Under the pieces are notes generated by a model. It was not told the origin of the DNA. It worked only from the letters and a program-made list of their open reading frames with translations, and did no database searches. This document shows, in pieces, positions 19,700 to 30,647 of a stretch of 64,000 nt of DNA. The stretch comes from an uncultured Gammaproteobacteria bacterium (GTDB lineage: Bacteria > Patescibacteriota > Microgenomatia > Levybacterales > UBA12049): contig OZ246394.1 of NCBI GenBank assembly GCA_965230895.1, forward strand, positions 833,955 through 897,954, in the 5' to 3' direction. The number at the start of each line of letters is the position of its first letter. The stretch's first letter is position 1. The position numbers and the translations under genes are program-made.

Positions 19700-21658
19700 T
19701 TATTTTTTTCTTTTTAGATATTCCTGCAATGGAATGAGGAGTGTTAGTATACTAACAAAAACAACGGCGAAAACAAAATGAAGATTTGTAAATACAAAGA
19801 GTATTCTATTTGCTATGTAGTGAATTGGATTATGTAATAGGTTGTTTCTCGAATTCGCATAAACACTGACCATACTGGTTGAGGAAGAATCAATAAATAT
19901 CTGATCATGTTCTTCTCCATCAGTTAATGACAACTCTAACACATACTTCTTATTGTCTGATTGAGGGAGCTTTTCCGCCAACTCAAACTTTAATATCTGT
20001 GAATTTTCGAGATTATATGCTTTCTCATCATATTGTTCTAATAGCTTACCGTTGCTATCAAATAGTCTCGCATGTACATATGCTTTCTTTTCTTTCTCTG
20101 GCCCTGGCCTGTCGACACTATCAACATACCGAATACGTGCTGACATTTCTTCTAAATCATTTTCTTTTGCTGTAAATGGTATTTTCAAATCTGATTTTAG
20201 TAGTGATATTTCACCAGCAGATGATTGAAGCATATGCCGGTGCAATAACTGAGTGGCCGAATAATTCCCAGAATATAGTAAGAATAAAACTAGCATAACG
20301 GAGACAGAGATAATTATCGATTTTCGAGAGAAAGTATATGGGTCGCCTTTGCTTTTTACTTTTATATCTTTTCGCGAAGGCTTACTCAAAAAGTATTGCC
20401 TTTCAACAAAATAGAAAAGAACCCATGCTATTATCACAGAAGAAGCAAGTGCGATAAAAAATAAAAGTAATTCAGAAGGGATATACGGAGGAAGTATTTG
20501 TTTCATCGCATTCATAAACGACTTAAGCCATTCACCAATATGTGCATGAATAAGATAAAGCGAATAACTAATCAGACCTAGAGAGACAAAAACCTTTTTA
20601 CTAAAGATACTATATATAATAGTACGAGTATTAATTGCTGTGAGAACAACAAATGCAATAATCCAACTTGATATGAGGTAATAAAGGTTCATTCCATAGA
20701 CACTTTGTCCATAACGTATATTTGCATCTCCCCACTGTATGAAAATAAGTAAAAATAAGCCGATGAACCCGATAATAGGATTACTGACAATTGGTTCTAA
20801 TTTCTTCCAAATAGTTCCTTGCGATTGATAGATAACTCCAATCACTACACCAGCAACAAAACCACTTGTCCTAGCAATATTCATACTTTGTAAAGCAGCG
20901 ACAGAAGCAACTGCATAATCCAAATCGAATAAAATTTTCGTTACACCAAGAACAATACAAATACCCAGAATTACTCCAAATCGTTTTGCTAAAAAGATAA
21001 GTGGTATAACAATAAATGGATACACAATGTAAAAAAGTATTTCCGGAGCTAGACTCCAAAATACTGCTCCTAATCTAGGTATTTCTTTTGCAAATGGTGT
21101 CGTTAATGTGAGATTAGAAAGTAATAGTACGTAGTCTTTCAAAAGCGGAGAGAGAGTTGCTTCATGATAAATGTTTGGTGTTATAAAGAGATTAAAAAGT
21201 AACATCCCAACTTGCAGTGAAATAAAGATCCAAAAAATCCACTTCCCTATTTTCCCAGCATTGGATGATGTACGTAAAAAATTCCACCCATAATAGACAA
21301 GCAATGTTACACAGGTAAGGATACATAAGCTAATATAATATGGGATCGTTGGATCTAAAGAGATGAACCAAAGCGCAAAAACGATTACAGCATAAACTGG
21401 AAAAATTCGCAGATACCGCTTCTGAATAAATTTTGCTGCATGAGGGATAGATGGGTACAGCAGAGCCATTAAAAAACCCGACAATACAAAAAGAATTTGT
21501 ACAGCATTTGATCCTCCAGAAAAAACATCAAATATTGTGATGAAAATTGGATGTGGAAAAAGTACTGGAAGTGAATATCCGATATGTGTCAGTACAACCG
21601 ATAATGCAGCAAAACCTCGTAGACCATCGAGTGCAGGTAATCTATTATTCACTCGCAC
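19700..21658 (-). CDS. acyltransferase family 3 protein with C-terminal soluble domain and terminal TM (paralog of the 2576..4576 product)
   Basis: LDGLRGFAALSVVLTHI N-terminus and ~10 TM helices. The C-terminal domain architecture is the same as in 2576..4576. Confidence 0.7.
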   Translation of the reverse strand: MRVNNRLPALDGLRGFAALSVVLTHIGYSLPVLFPHPIFITIFDVFSGGSNAVQILFVLSGFLMALLYPSIPHAAKFIQKRYLRIFPVYAVIVFALWFISLDPTIPYYISLCILTCVTLLVYYGWNFLRTSSNAGKIGKWIFWIFISLQVGMLLFNLFITPNIYHEATLSPLLKDYVLLLSNLTLTTPFAKEIPRLGAVFWSLAPEILFYIVYPFIVIPLIFLAKRFGVILGICIVLGVTKILFDLDYAVASVAALQSMNIARTSGFVAGVVIGVIYQSQGTIWKKLEPIVSNPIIGFIGLFLLIFIQWGDANIRYGQSVYGMNLYYLISSWIIAFVVLTAINTRTIIYSIFSKKVFVSLGLISYSLYLIHAHIGEWLKSFMNAMKQILPPYIPSELLLFFIALASSVIIAWVLFYFVERQYFLSKPSRKDIKVKSKGDPYTFSRKSIIISVSVMLVLFLLYSGNYSATQLLHRHMLQSSAGEISLLKSDLKIPFTAKENDLEEMSARIRYVDSVDRPGPEKEKKAYVHARLFDSNGKLLEQYDEKAYNLENSQILKFELAEKLPQSDNKKYVLELSLTDGEEHDQIFIDSSSTSMVSVYANSRNNLLHNPIHYIANRILFVFTNLHFVFAVVFVSILTLLIPLQEYLKRKK

Positions 21659-21664
21659 ATTATA

Positions 21665-22135
21665 CTAATTTCCATGTGCTGAGTGAACTACTGCATGGCC
21701 TTTCCCTCGAGAGATTAACCAATAGTTCACAGGATAAGCGAAAATAAATGCGACAGCTAAAGCAAAAACTAAGCTTCCCCAAAAGAGTATTGATGTAATG
21801 TGCGCATCCATTGCACCAGGAATGAAATACATAATCGCATTATCAACGATTTCCATAATTGCGATAGACATAGTATCTGACGCAAAAGAGAGCGGTAGTG
21901 CTTTTCTTAAAGAAAGTCCTGATTTCAGAAGTGGCATCATTGTTAATGAATATCCAAAAAAGAAAGCGAGAATAACTGATACAATTATCGTTTCGATATT
22001 TGGCCAATTAAAAATTGTTCCTAATGTCATACCAAGTATTTCCCCAATTGCGCACCCTGTCAGGCAATGTACTGTCGCCATAAATGCGACGCTTTTAAGT
22101 TTTGTTTGCGTGTGATTATGATGTTCGTGGTTCAT
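21665..22135 (-). CDS. DUF4396-like membrane protein with CxxGC motif and His-rich N-terminus
   Basis: MNHEHHNHT… HCLTGCAIGE motif and four TM helices. It lies in an operon with DUF305 and CsoR genes. Confidence 0.4.
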   Translation of the reverse strand: MNHEHHNHTQTKLKSVAFMATVHCLTGCAIGEILGMTLGTIFNWPNIETIIVSVILAFFFGYSLTMMPLLKSGLSLRKALPLSFASDTMSIAIMEIVDNAIMYFIPGAMDAHITSILFWGSLVFALAVAFIFAYPVNYWLISRGKGHAVVHSAHGN

Positions 22136-22136
22136 A

Positions 22137-22721
22137 TTATTTTTGTTTTTTAAGTAAACTTTGCATCAATGTAATTTCTTCATTTTGTGTAGAAACGATG
22201 TCATTTCCTAATGTCTTTAGTTCAGTTCTTTTTGTAATTGGTTGGATTGCTTTTGCCATGGAGACAGCCGCTTGATGGTGGATAATCATATCGTTCAAAT
22301 AAGATTGCTCTGCTTCTTCTGCACTTTTTCCAGCAAATGATTTCATCATTGGTTGATAGGATCCATTGTCTTTGTATTCTTGATGAAACCACTCCCTGTA
22401 CAAGTTTTTCATCTGAGTAATTTCCTTTTCTTGTGCAGAAATTATATTTTGAGCAAGCTCTTTCACTTCCGGTGTTGTAGCAATTTGTAGTATTTCTTGC
22501 GATGATTTGACCGCTTCTTCGTGATGAGGAATCATCCCTTCAATGAATGATTTGTCATCCTTCACCATCATTGCATGTTGATCATGTCCCATGGATGAAT
22601 GCATGTCTTGAGATATTTTCTCCATTCCTTGATGCACTGCATTGTCATGATCCTTATTTTGAATAAACCATCCTCCAATACCAATAAGTATGAGTATAGA
22701 TACAATTACTACGTATTTCAT
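22137..22721 (-). CDS. DUF305 domain secreted/anchored protein (metal-homeostasis associated)
   Basis: Two copies of the DUF305 HH motif (MIPHHEEAVKSS and MIIHHQAAVSMA) and an N-terminal TM helix. Confidence 0.6.
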   Translation of the reverse strand: MKYVVIVSILILIGIGGWFIQNKDHDNAVHQGMEKISQDMHSSMGHDQHAMMVKDDKSFIEGMIPHHEEAVKSSQEILQIATTPEVKELAQNIISAQEKEITQMKNLYREWFHQEYKDNGSYQPMMKSFAGKSAEEAEQSYLNDMIIHHQAAVSMAKAIQPITKRTELKTLGNDIVSTQNEEITLMQSLLKKQK

Positions 22722-22990
22722 TTGCTGTTGCGCTTAAAAAGTTTCACTAATTCTTCTGTTGCTTTCTCTGGTTCTTCTTTAAACATCTCAGAAACATGTG
22801 TTGTGAGATGTCTTTCAAAGAGAACTGTATCAAGGCTTCGGAGAGAACTTTGAATGGCCAGGCTTTGGGTAAGAAGGTCCATACAATATTCATCATTGTC
22901 AATCATCTTTTGCAAACCATCCAATTGGCCTTTGATGATATTAATTCGCTTCTGAGCATGAACTTTCACGTCTTCGTAATGTGATTTCAT
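22718..22990 (-). CDS. csoR: CsoR/RcnR family metal-sensing transcriptional repressor
   Basis: RINIIKGQLDGLQKMIDNDEYCMDLLTQ…HLTTH is the DUF156/CsoR signature with C and H ligands. Its stop overlaps the DUF305 gene start. Confidence 0.75.
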   Translation of the reverse strand: MKSHYEDVKVHAQKRINIIKGQLDGLQKMIDNDEYCMDLLTQSLAIQSSLRSLDTVLFERHLTTHVSEMFKEEPEKATEELVKLFKRNSK

Positions 22991-23043
22991 GAATTTATGA
23001 TATACCCCTAGGGGGTATATGTCAAGTGGATAATTAGAGTATA

Positions 23044-24129
23044 ATGTTGATTATGACAACTGCTGACATTCTCAGAATAAGACTATATAACGAACAACTC
23101 GTTGATCATCAATTTAAAGAGGTTGCAGAACTCGTTAAACACTTAGGCGCAGTCCAATCACAAGATTATGCAGGAGCAAAATGGGGTTTGGCGCAAAGAC
23201 TTTCAAACGTATCTGATGCAGATTTGGATAAAGCATATGACAATGGAGAGATATTACGAACACATGCACTTCGTCCGACATGGCATTTTGTCCATCCTGA
23301 AGATATCTTATGGATCCTTAGCTTGAATGCACCGGGATATAAAAGAATTGCGAGATATTATTACACACAGTTAGGATTAGATGAAAGAGTGATGAAGAAA
23401 TCTCAAGAAATTATTCACGATGCATTACATGGAGCAAAAGCTTTAACTCGGACAGAACTCGGTGAACATTTACTCAAAGCGGATATCCCAGGCAAGGGAC
23501 AAGCACTTGGACATATTATGGGAGAAGCTGAGATTGATGGAGTTATCTGTAGTGGACCTCGCCAGGGGAAACAGTTTACCTACATGCTCATCGAAGATCG
23601 TGCGCCACAAGCAGGGAAATTGGAGTGGGATGAGGCGCTGGCCGAACTAACGAAACGATATTTTACTAGTCATGGACCTGCACAAATCAAAGACTTTGCT
23701 TGGTGGGCTGGATTGCCAATGGCTGAAGTGAGAAAGGGATTGGATATAAATAAAAATAATTTAGTAAAAGCAACTATCGATGGCAGTGACTATTGGTTTT
23801 CTGAGCAGACTCAAGTGAAAAGTTCTCTGCCAAAAGATGTATATCTTCTTCCGAACTATGATGAGTATGCTATTGCTTATAAAGACCGTTCGGCATTTTA
23901 TAATTCAGAGCTGGGAGCAATTTCAAGTGCACGAGGAAATCTCATCTTTAACCATATGATTTTTATCGAAGGAAAGATTGTCGGGATGTGGAAGAGAACA
24001 GTTCAGAAAAAGACAGTCGAGATAGAAACACTATTGCATCGAGAACTAACTACTGATGAAACCACCCGTCTTCATGAAGCGGCCGAACGGTACGGAAACT
24101 TCCTTGGCCTTAATGTTACGATTAAGTAG
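23044..24129 (+). CDS. winged-helix DNA glycosylase AlkZ/YcaQ-like (HTH_42 family)
   Basis: N-terminal catalytic-type motif AVQSQDY (Q-x-Q) and winged-helix repeats; the length fits the AlkZ family. Confidence 0.5.
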   Translation: MLIMTTADILRIRLYNEQLVDHQFKEVAELVKHLGAVQSQDYAGAKWGLAQRLSNVSDADLDKAYDNGEILRTHALRPTWHFVHPEDILWILSLNAPGYKRIARYYYTQLGLDERVMKKSQEIIHDALHGAKALTRTELGEHLLKADIPGKGQALGHIMGEAEIDGVICSGPRQGKQFTYMLIEDRAPQAGKLEWDEALAELTKRYFTSHGPAQIKDFAWWAGLPMAEVRKGLDINKNNLVKATIDGSDYWFSEQTQVKSSLPKDVYLLPNYDEYAIAYKDRSAFYNSELGAISSARGNLIFNHMIFIEGKIVGMWKRTVQKKTVEIETLLHRELTTDETTRLHEAAERYGNFLGLNVTIK

Positions 24130-24205
24130 CCTTAGACCTCTTTTGACATATTACATATTGCATCATTCAATATATTATTATATAAATAAGTAACAAGCTT
24201 TATAT

Positions 24206-25459
24206 ATGTCTGCCCCATATAAAAAGAATTATAAGAAATTGTTTTCTGCTGTATTTATCATATTCAGCCTACTTGGTGCATTTCAAGCCACCATTGATCA
24301 TCAAACACCTACTCACACTACGGTGTTAGGTGCCGAGCGAAAAATTACCCCAACTCCAAAGCCTTTAAAGGTAAAAGCTACGCCAACCCCTATAAATAAG
24401 CCTAAAATAATTACTCCTGAAACTACTCTCTCTGGCCTGAAAGTGCAAGGGAATACTCTTGTAAATAATCAAGGAAGATCCGTCATTCTCAGAGGTGCTA
24501 ATAGAAGTGGTACTGAATATGCATGCGTTGGTGGAGGATTTTCAGAAGGTCCAACTGATGCAAATTCACTACAGGCAATGAAAAAATGGAAACTTAATAC
24601 CGTTCGTGTTCCATTGAATGAATCCTGCTGGCTCGGCATTAATGGTGTTAAATATGGTGGATCAGCGTATCAAAAATCAATTCAAACCTATGTAAACACA
24701 ATCACTAATAATAATATGGTCGCTATTTTGGATCTTCACTGGAATGCGCCTGGAACTATAAAAGCCGAAGGACAAAATCCTATGCCAGATGCAGATCATT
24801 CACCTACATTCTGGAAAGAAGTTGCAACGACATTTAAATCAAATGACAGAGTAATCTTTGATATCTTTAATGAGCCTGATCCTATCCCATATCGAGATAA
24901 TTACCCTGGTGGTTTTTCAAAATGGCAACAGGATGATTTCAACTGTTTACTCAATGGATGCGAAGTAACAACGAAAAAAGATAATGTAAAATATCAGGCT
25001 GTCGGGACACAAAAGTTAGTTGATACAGTAAGAGCAACTGGAGCAAAAAATATTATTATGGTTGCTGGCATCCAATCCGCACAAACAATCACACAATATA
25101 AAGGCAATAAAAACTCAAATCCAAGCGGTTACATGCCAATTGACCCACAAAAGAATTTAGCTGTCGCAATGCATCAATACAATAAAGCTGCCTGTTCAGA
25201 TATAAAGTGTTGGGAAGATACTGTCGCACCAGTCGCAAAAGTCTACCCAATTATTACGGGAGAATTTGGTGATACTGATTGTTCAGATACCTACACAAAA
25301 CAATTACTTCCGTGGCTGGATAAGAATAAAATTAGCTATGTTGGCTGGACATGGGATGTTTGGGCAAATAGTTGCGAGACCTTGATCAAAGATTACAATG
25401 GGACTCCAACCCAACCGTACGGCCAAGCATATTACAATCACCTCCAAAAAGTTAATTAA
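24206..25459 (+). CDS. glycoside hydrolase family 5 (cellulase-like), signal-anchored
   Basis: IFDIFNEP (acid/base Glu) and IITGEFG (nucleophile Glu) GH5 signatures, preceded by a Pro/Thr-rich linker. Confidence 0.75.
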   Translation: MSAPYKKNYKKLFSAVFIIFSLLGAFQATIDHQTPTHTTVLGAERKITPTPKPLKVKATPTPINKPKIITPETTLSGLKVQGNTLVNNQGRSVILRGANRSGTEYACVGGGFSEGPTDANSLQAMKKWKLNTVRVPLNESCWLGINGVKYGGSAYQKSIQTYVNTITNNNMVAILDLHWNAPGTIKAEGQNPMPDADHSPTFWKEVATTFKSNDRVIFDIFNEPDPIPYRDNYPGGFSKWQQDDFNCLLNGCEVTTKKDNVKYQAVGTQKLVDTVRATGAKNIIMVAGIQSAQTITQYKGNKNSNPSGYMPIDPQKNLAVAMHQYNKAACSDIKCWEDTVAPVAKVYPIITGEFGDTDCSDTYTKQLLPWLDKNKISYVGWTWDVWANSCETLIKDYNGTPTQPYGQAYYNHLQKVN

Positions 25460-25486
25460 TAAACACTTCGAATGGTATAATAAGGT

Positions 25487-26083
25487 ATGACATTTACATA
25501 TCCTCTCAAACTTAATTTTAAACTAATCGCTCTCGCTCCACGAATATCAGTTGTTGATTCAAAAGATCAGGAAATCTTTTACATCGAACAGAAAGTACTT
25601 GCTCTGAAAGAAGCAGTAAAAGTTTTTGATAATCAAAAAGATAAAAATCTCTTGTATACAATGCAGGCTAATCAAATAATTGATTTTGGGGCGACATATA
25701 CTTTTAGAGATAAAAATGGCCATGAAATTGGAACGATACAACAAGAAGGTATGCGGTCGTTGTTTCAAGCAAGTTATACAATTACAGATAAAAAAGGCGC
25801 TTCTTTATACACTATCAAGCAAACGAATCCTATGATCGCAGTTCTTGATTCATTAATTAACATTATTCCCTTTGCAGAACTTGTAAGTGGATTTATCCTT
25901 AATCCTACATATGCCGTCACAAAAAATGATAGTCAGCAGGTAATTTTTACAATGAAAAAGAAACCAAGCTTTTTTGAATCAAATTTCGAAGTTATAAATG
26001 ATGAAGAAATCTCAGATAAGGATGAACTATTACTCATACTGTCGATGCTTATGCTTGTACAATTAGAGCGAAATAGAGGCTAA
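25487..26083 (+). CDS. hypothetical protein (possibly tubby-like/LOR fold)
   Basis: ORF only; a weak resemblance to LURP-one-related proteins that cannot be confirmed. Confidence 0.3.
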   Translation: MTFTYPLKLNFKLIALAPRISVVDSKDQEIFYIEQKVLALKEAVKVFDNQKDKNLLYTMQANQIIDFGATYTFRDKNGHEIGTIQQEGMRSLFQASYTITDKKGASLYTIKQTNPMIAVLDSLINIIPFAELVSGFILNPTYAVTKNDSQQVIFTMKKKPSFFESNFEVINDEEISDKDELLLILSMLMLVQLERNRG

Positions 26084-27070
26084 TTACTTATAAAACTCGA
26101 AGATTATGAACAGTAAGTAGATGACAAGCAAAGCAATCCCGTTTCTTCTCGAGATAAACTTCTTTGTGGTAAAGAACACATAAAATAATCCCAATGCGGT
26201 AGCAATAAATATAAATGTTACGAAGAAATTATCGACAGTTATTACTTCCCCATTGTGTAGCAATGTAAACACACCAAAAAGAATTGTATTAACTGCTGCT
26301 GATCCAAGATAATCTCCCATTGCCACTTCTTTTTTCCCTGAAACCACAGACCGAATCGCTATAGAAAGCTCTGGTAGATTAGTTCCCAGAGAAATGATAA
26401 TTAATCCGATATAAAACGTCGAAACATTAAAAACATCGGCGAAATAAACAGTCTTATCAACGATAATATTACTTGAGAGAAAGACTAAACCTATACCTAC
26501 AAGCATCGTGAGAATATCCTTAAGAGAATATGCTTTCGAATTTAGAAGTTCTTTGTTTTCACGATTGAGAATACCATCTTTCCTCTCCACAAGATACAGT
26601 AATGCAATATACATAACTACCAATAATGCACCTTCAATATTTGTAATCTTTTTATCTAAAACCAATAACGATGGAGCAGATATAACCGCGAGCGTTGCAA
26701 TTAATGTTTTTTTATCCAGTTCGTGTTTGAGGCTAATTCCTTTTCCAAAAACTGCAAGAACGGGAATAATAAAAAGAAACATAACAACTATGCCTCCAAG
26801 GAGATTTCCTACAAATATTTCAGCGTCGTGATCCGCCACGGCTTGTATACCCACAGAAAATTCAGGGATAGAAGTAAGTAATCCGAGGAAAATAAATGAA
26901 AATGCAAAAGCCGAAAGCCGAAGCCTACTTGAGAATTTTGTGGCTGCTGCGACGATTAACCCCGAACCATACCAGATAAGTACGAAAGCAGCGATGTAGA
27001 GTAGTGTGTTGATTGTATTATCAAAAAGCATTCCTCTCTTTAGTATATAAAGAAAAGCTGAGGCTGACAA
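26084..27070 (-). CDS. Ca2+:cation antiporter (CaCA, YrbG-like)
   Basis: Two alpha-repeat motifs (LLTSIPEFSVG and LGTNLPELSIA) in a 10-TM protein. Confidence 0.6.
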   Translation of the reverse strand: MSASAFLYILKRGMLFDNTINTLLYIAAFVLIWYGSGLIVAAATKFSSRLRLSAFAFSFIFLGLLTSIPEFSVGIQAVADHDAEIFVGNLLGGIVVMFLFIIPVLAVFGKGISLKHELDKKTLIATLAVISAPSLLVLDKKITNIEGALLVVMYIALLYLVERKDGILNRENKELLNSKAYSLKDILTMLVGIGLVFLSSNIIVDKTVYFADVFNVSTFYIGLIIISLGTNLPELSIAIRSVVSGKKEVAMGDYLGSAAVNTILFGVFTLLHNGEVITVDNFFVTFIFIATALGLFYVFFTTKKFISRRNGIALLVIYLLFIIFEFYK

Positions 27071-27078
27071 GTCAACGC

Positions 27079-27501
27079 TTACTCATCAATCTGCTTTGAA
27101 ATCCTTTGCAACAATTCATCCATCGAGAAGGGTTTCTCCATAAAATCATCAGCTCCCGCCTTCAAAGCTGACCAACCGATATCTCGGCTTGCTGAAAACA
27201 GAATAATTGGAATATTCTTTGTTTCGGAATTATTTTTAAAGAATCTACAAAAATCTCTCCCATCCTGCCCTTGCATCCATACATCCATAAGGATTAAATC
27301 TATTTCCTTAGAATTGATATCATAGAGTTTTTCAGGATCTGTAATGATTGATACCTGATAGCCTTCATCCATGAGCATTAACTTAACAGCTTCGCAGATC
27401 GTTTTATCATCATCTGCAATGAGGACTCTTTTATTATATTTCGCTTGATATTTCTGGGACCCTCCAGATATATACGGATTGTATTTTTGATGGAATTCCA
27501 T
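27079..27501 (-). CDS. single-domain response regulator (CheY-like receiver)
   Basis: LIADDD…LILMDVWM… receiver signature and a conserved Lys. Confidence 0.75.
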   Translation of the reverse strand: MEFHQKYNPYISGGSQKYQAKYNKRVLIADDDKTICEAVKLMLMDEGYQVSIITDPEKLYDINSKEIDLILMDVWMQGQDGRDFCRFFKNNSETKNIPIILFSASRDIGWSALKAGADDFMEKPFSMDELLQRISKQIDE

Positions 27502-27597
27502 AATACAATTATTCTATATTGTATTTATTTGATAATCGTAAGAAGGATGCTAAAGAAATGTTTACGTTATTTCAAAAAAGTGTAAGTATACTCAAGT

Positions 27598-28149
27598 TTA
27601 CTTTCTAAATCTTCTTGGGGCATCTGCTGGGATTTTTGATGTATTCAATGGCAATTTTGTTGGAGAACTATCAACATCATAGGTTTGTCCTCGTTCCATG
27701 GAGACAGTTGGTTTACTAAATCGTTCAGGATAAAGACGTACTGCATGTGCTTCAAAGATACTTAAGGCAGAATTTCTAGCCGAGAAAATGTGGGTAGCTT
27801 TTTCAGAATCCATTTCCCCTGAAAGTTTTTTACCATTCTGTCCTAAAGGATCGGAAATGGTTGATAAACGATCAGTAGGGACTCCACCAACTACACGAGC
27901 AAGAGCATCCCTCAAATGTATTCTACCATCAGAGCCATTCTCTTTTAAATAACTTGCGGCCGCTTCTTGATATTCTAAAGCAGCATCTACAATGGCTTTC
28001 TTTGATGTTAATGAATCCGGATCAACAATGACTTCCGGCAGCAGCAATGCTGGAACAGGTAAAGGCTGCTCAACAATTGGTTGTTGAATAGCTTCAGGTG
28101 CTATTATTTCTTTATAGTCCGGCAGATAACCGGCTTCAATTAAACTCAT
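27598..28149 (-). CDS. hypothetical protein
   Basis: ORF between lon and a receiver gene; no motif. Confidence 0.35.
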   Translation of the reverse strand: MSLIEAGYLPDYKEIIAPEAIQQPIVEQPLPVPALLLPEVIVDPDSLTSKKAIVDAALEYQEAAASYLKENGSDGRIHLRDALARVVGGVPTDRLSTISDPLGQNGKKLSGEMDSEKATHIFSARNSALSIFEAHAVRLYPERFSKPTVSMERGQTYDVDSSPTKLPLNTSKIPADAPRRFRK

Positions 28150-28228
28150 CCATACATTGTAAAGCTTATTGGAAAAACCACTTGACTATAGGATGACGTA
28201 AACCTGACAAAATTTTTGGGGTTTTTGG

Positions 28229-30598
28229 CTATATTGCCTGATGTGCGGTAACTACTGGCTCTTCTTCAACTTCTTTATCCGCTACTTTGGCTTTTGGAAG
28301 AGGCTTTGTAAGAGCAATCTTCAATACTTCATCCATCTGACTTACGAACTTAAAGTGTAAGTCTTTGACAACTTCTTGTGGGATATCTTCAAGATCCTTC
28401 TTATTATCCTTTGGTAAGATAATAGTTTTCAAACCAGCTCTGTGCGCAGCAATAACCTTTTCTTTTACTCCGCCAATTTCAAGCGCTCGTCCTCGAAGGG
28501 TAACTTCACCAGTCATAGCAACTTTGCGATTAACCGGAATCTTTGTGAGTGCAGAAACAATTGCTGTTGAAATTGCGAGTCCTGCTGAAGGACCATCTTT
28601 TGGAACTGCACCTTCAGGAACGTGTACATGAATATCAGTTTTCTGGAATAATTTATCTGAGATTCCCATTGTATGAGCTCGTGATCTGATATATGAAAGT
28701 GCTGCTTGAGCAGACTCCTTCATAACATCTCCCAATTGACCGGTCAATGTAAGGACACCTTTACCTGGCATGAGTGCAACTTCGATAAAGAGGATATCTC
28801 CACCAGCTTCAGTCCATGCTAATCCGGTGGTCTGACCTATTTCATCTTTCTTTTCCATCATTGTACCGTGATACTTCATAGGACCAAGATACTTTGGAAT
28901 ATCTGCAGCTTTAATTACAATCTTTCCTTTTTCACCCTCAGCTACTTTCTTTGCAACTTTTCGGAGAACCGTAGCGATTCTTCTTTCGAGATTACGGACA
29001 CCAGCTTCACGAGTGTAATGATGAATGATGTATTGCAAAGCTTCATCCGTTAATTCAACTTGTTTATCCTTCAAACCATGATTTTCAAGTTGCTTGTTGA
29101 TCAAGAAGTCATGAGAGATCTTAAACTTTTCGTCATGTGTATATCCTGCGAAATGAATGATTTCAAGTCGGTCACGAAGTGCCGGTGGGATTGTATCCAA
29201 AACGTTTGCTGTAGTGATAAACATTACATTTGAGAGATCAAATGGAACTTCAAGGTAATGATCTGAAAATGTACCATTTTGTTCTGGATCCAGAGCTTCA
29301 AGAAGCGCACTTGATGGATCTCCTCTGAAATCTGATCCTACTTTATCAATTTCATCAAGCATAAAGACTGGATTTTTTGTACCTGAATCTTTGATACCCT
29401 GGATAATACGTCCTGGAAGTGCGCCAACGTATGTTCGGCGGTGTCCCCGAATTTCAGCTTCATCACGGATACCACCGAGTGATACACGAACGAACTTTCG
29501 ACCTAAAGCACGGGCAATTGATTTACCAATTGAAGTCTTACCAACACCTGGAGGCCCTGCAAAACAAAGGATCGGACCCTTCATCTTTCCTGAAAGCTTA
29601 TGAACTGCGAGGTATTCGATAATACGCTCTTTTGCTTTGGATAAACCATAATGATCCTGATCCAAAATCTTTTCCGCAGTCTTGATATTTGAACTATCTT
29701 TACTTTCCTGACCCCATGGAAGTGCAACCATCAAATCGAGATAGTTACGGATATATCCAGCTTCAGGATTGAATTGATTCATGTTCTGGAGCTTATTAAG
29801 TTCTTTGCGTGCCTTTTCTTCAACTTCTTGAGGCATCTTTGCTTCTTTAATCTTGTTGAGTAACACTCGGATTTCTGAGTTTTCTTCTTTATCACCTAAT
29901 TCTTCTTCAATGGTTCGGAGTCTTTCCCGAAGCATTGCTTCTCGTGCACCTTTTTCAAACCGTTCTTGTGTCTTTGAAGCAATTCGGCGTTCTAATTCAA
30001 GAATCTTGATTTCTTTTGCAAGAAGCTCAGTTAATTTCTGCAAACGTGCTTTTACATCAGTCATTTCAAGAAGATCTTGACGTTCTTGAGGCTTCAAATC
30101 CAATGCTGAAGCAATAAGATCTGAAAGTTCTGCTGGAGAAGTTTCTGACATGATATTCATGAATAAAAGAAAATCTGCTGACTTACCGAAGTTCATAGCT
30201 TTTCGGAATTCATTTGTTAGGTGATTGCAGAGCGCTTTTATTTCTTCATTCTTTTCAACTTCTTCTGGGAGCTCGACAACTCGTGCCATAAAGTATGAAT
30301 CATGTCTCTCATATCCAAGGATCTTAACACGGGACAAACCTCGAACTTGCGCATTGATTTCACCATCAGTTCTGATCATGCGTTCGATTCGGGATAATGT
30401 ACCGATCTCATAGAGATCATCAGAACTTGGATCATTGAGACGAGCATTCTTTTGAAGAACAAAACATACAACTCGTTCTTTTTGAAATGCTGATTCAAGG
30501 GCTGCAAGACTCTTTGGACGTCCAAAGGTGAGGACTGAATCCGTACTTGGGAAGATTATTCCGTCTCTAATTGGGATTACTGGGACAACTTTTTCCAT
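28229..30598 (-). CDS. lon: ATP-dependent Lon protease
   Basis: LON N-domain, GPPGVGKTS Walker A, DEIDK Walker B and the PKDGPSAG catalytic Ser motif. Confidence 0.95.
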   Translation of the reverse strand: MEKVVPVIPIRDGIIFPSTDSVLTFGRPKSLAALESAFQKERVVCFVLQKNARLNDPSSDDLYEIGTLSRIERMIRTDGEINAQVRGLSRVKILGYERHDSYFMARVVELPEEVEKNEEIKALCNHLTNEFRKAMNFGKSADFLLFMNIMSETSPAELSDLIASALDLKPQERQDLLEMTDVKARLQKLTELLAKEIKILELERRIASKTQERFEKGAREAMLRERLRTIEEELGDKEENSEIRVLLNKIKEAKMPQEVEEKARKELNKLQNMNQFNPEAGYIRNYLDLMVALPWGQESKDSSNIKTAEKILDQDHYGLSKAKERIIEYLAVHKLSGKMKGPILCFAGPPGVGKTSIGKSIARALGRKFVRVSLGGIRDEAEIRGHRRTYVGALPGRIIQGIKDSGTKNPVFMLDEIDKVGSDFRGDPSSALLEALDPEQNGTFSDHYLEVPFDLSNVMFITTANVLDTIPPALRDRLEIIHFAGYTHDEKFKISHDFLINKQLENHGLKDKQVELTDEALQYIIHHYTREAGVRNLERRIATVLRKVAKKVAEGEKGKIVIKAADIPKYLGPMKYHGTMMEKKDEIGQTTGLAWTEAGGDILFIEVALMPGKGVLTLTGQLGDVMKESAQAALSYIRSRAHTMGISDKLFQKTDIHVHVPEGAVPKDGPSAGLAISTAIVSALTKIPVNRKVAMTGEVTLRGRALEIGGVKEKVIAAHRAGLKTIILPKDNKKDLEDIPQEVVKDLHFKFVSQMDEVLKIALTKPLPKAKVADKEVEEEPVVTAHQAI

Positions 30599-30647
30599 AA
30601 TTTATTTAAGTAATTTACTGACTGTTTGTGGATGTCTGTAAATCGTA

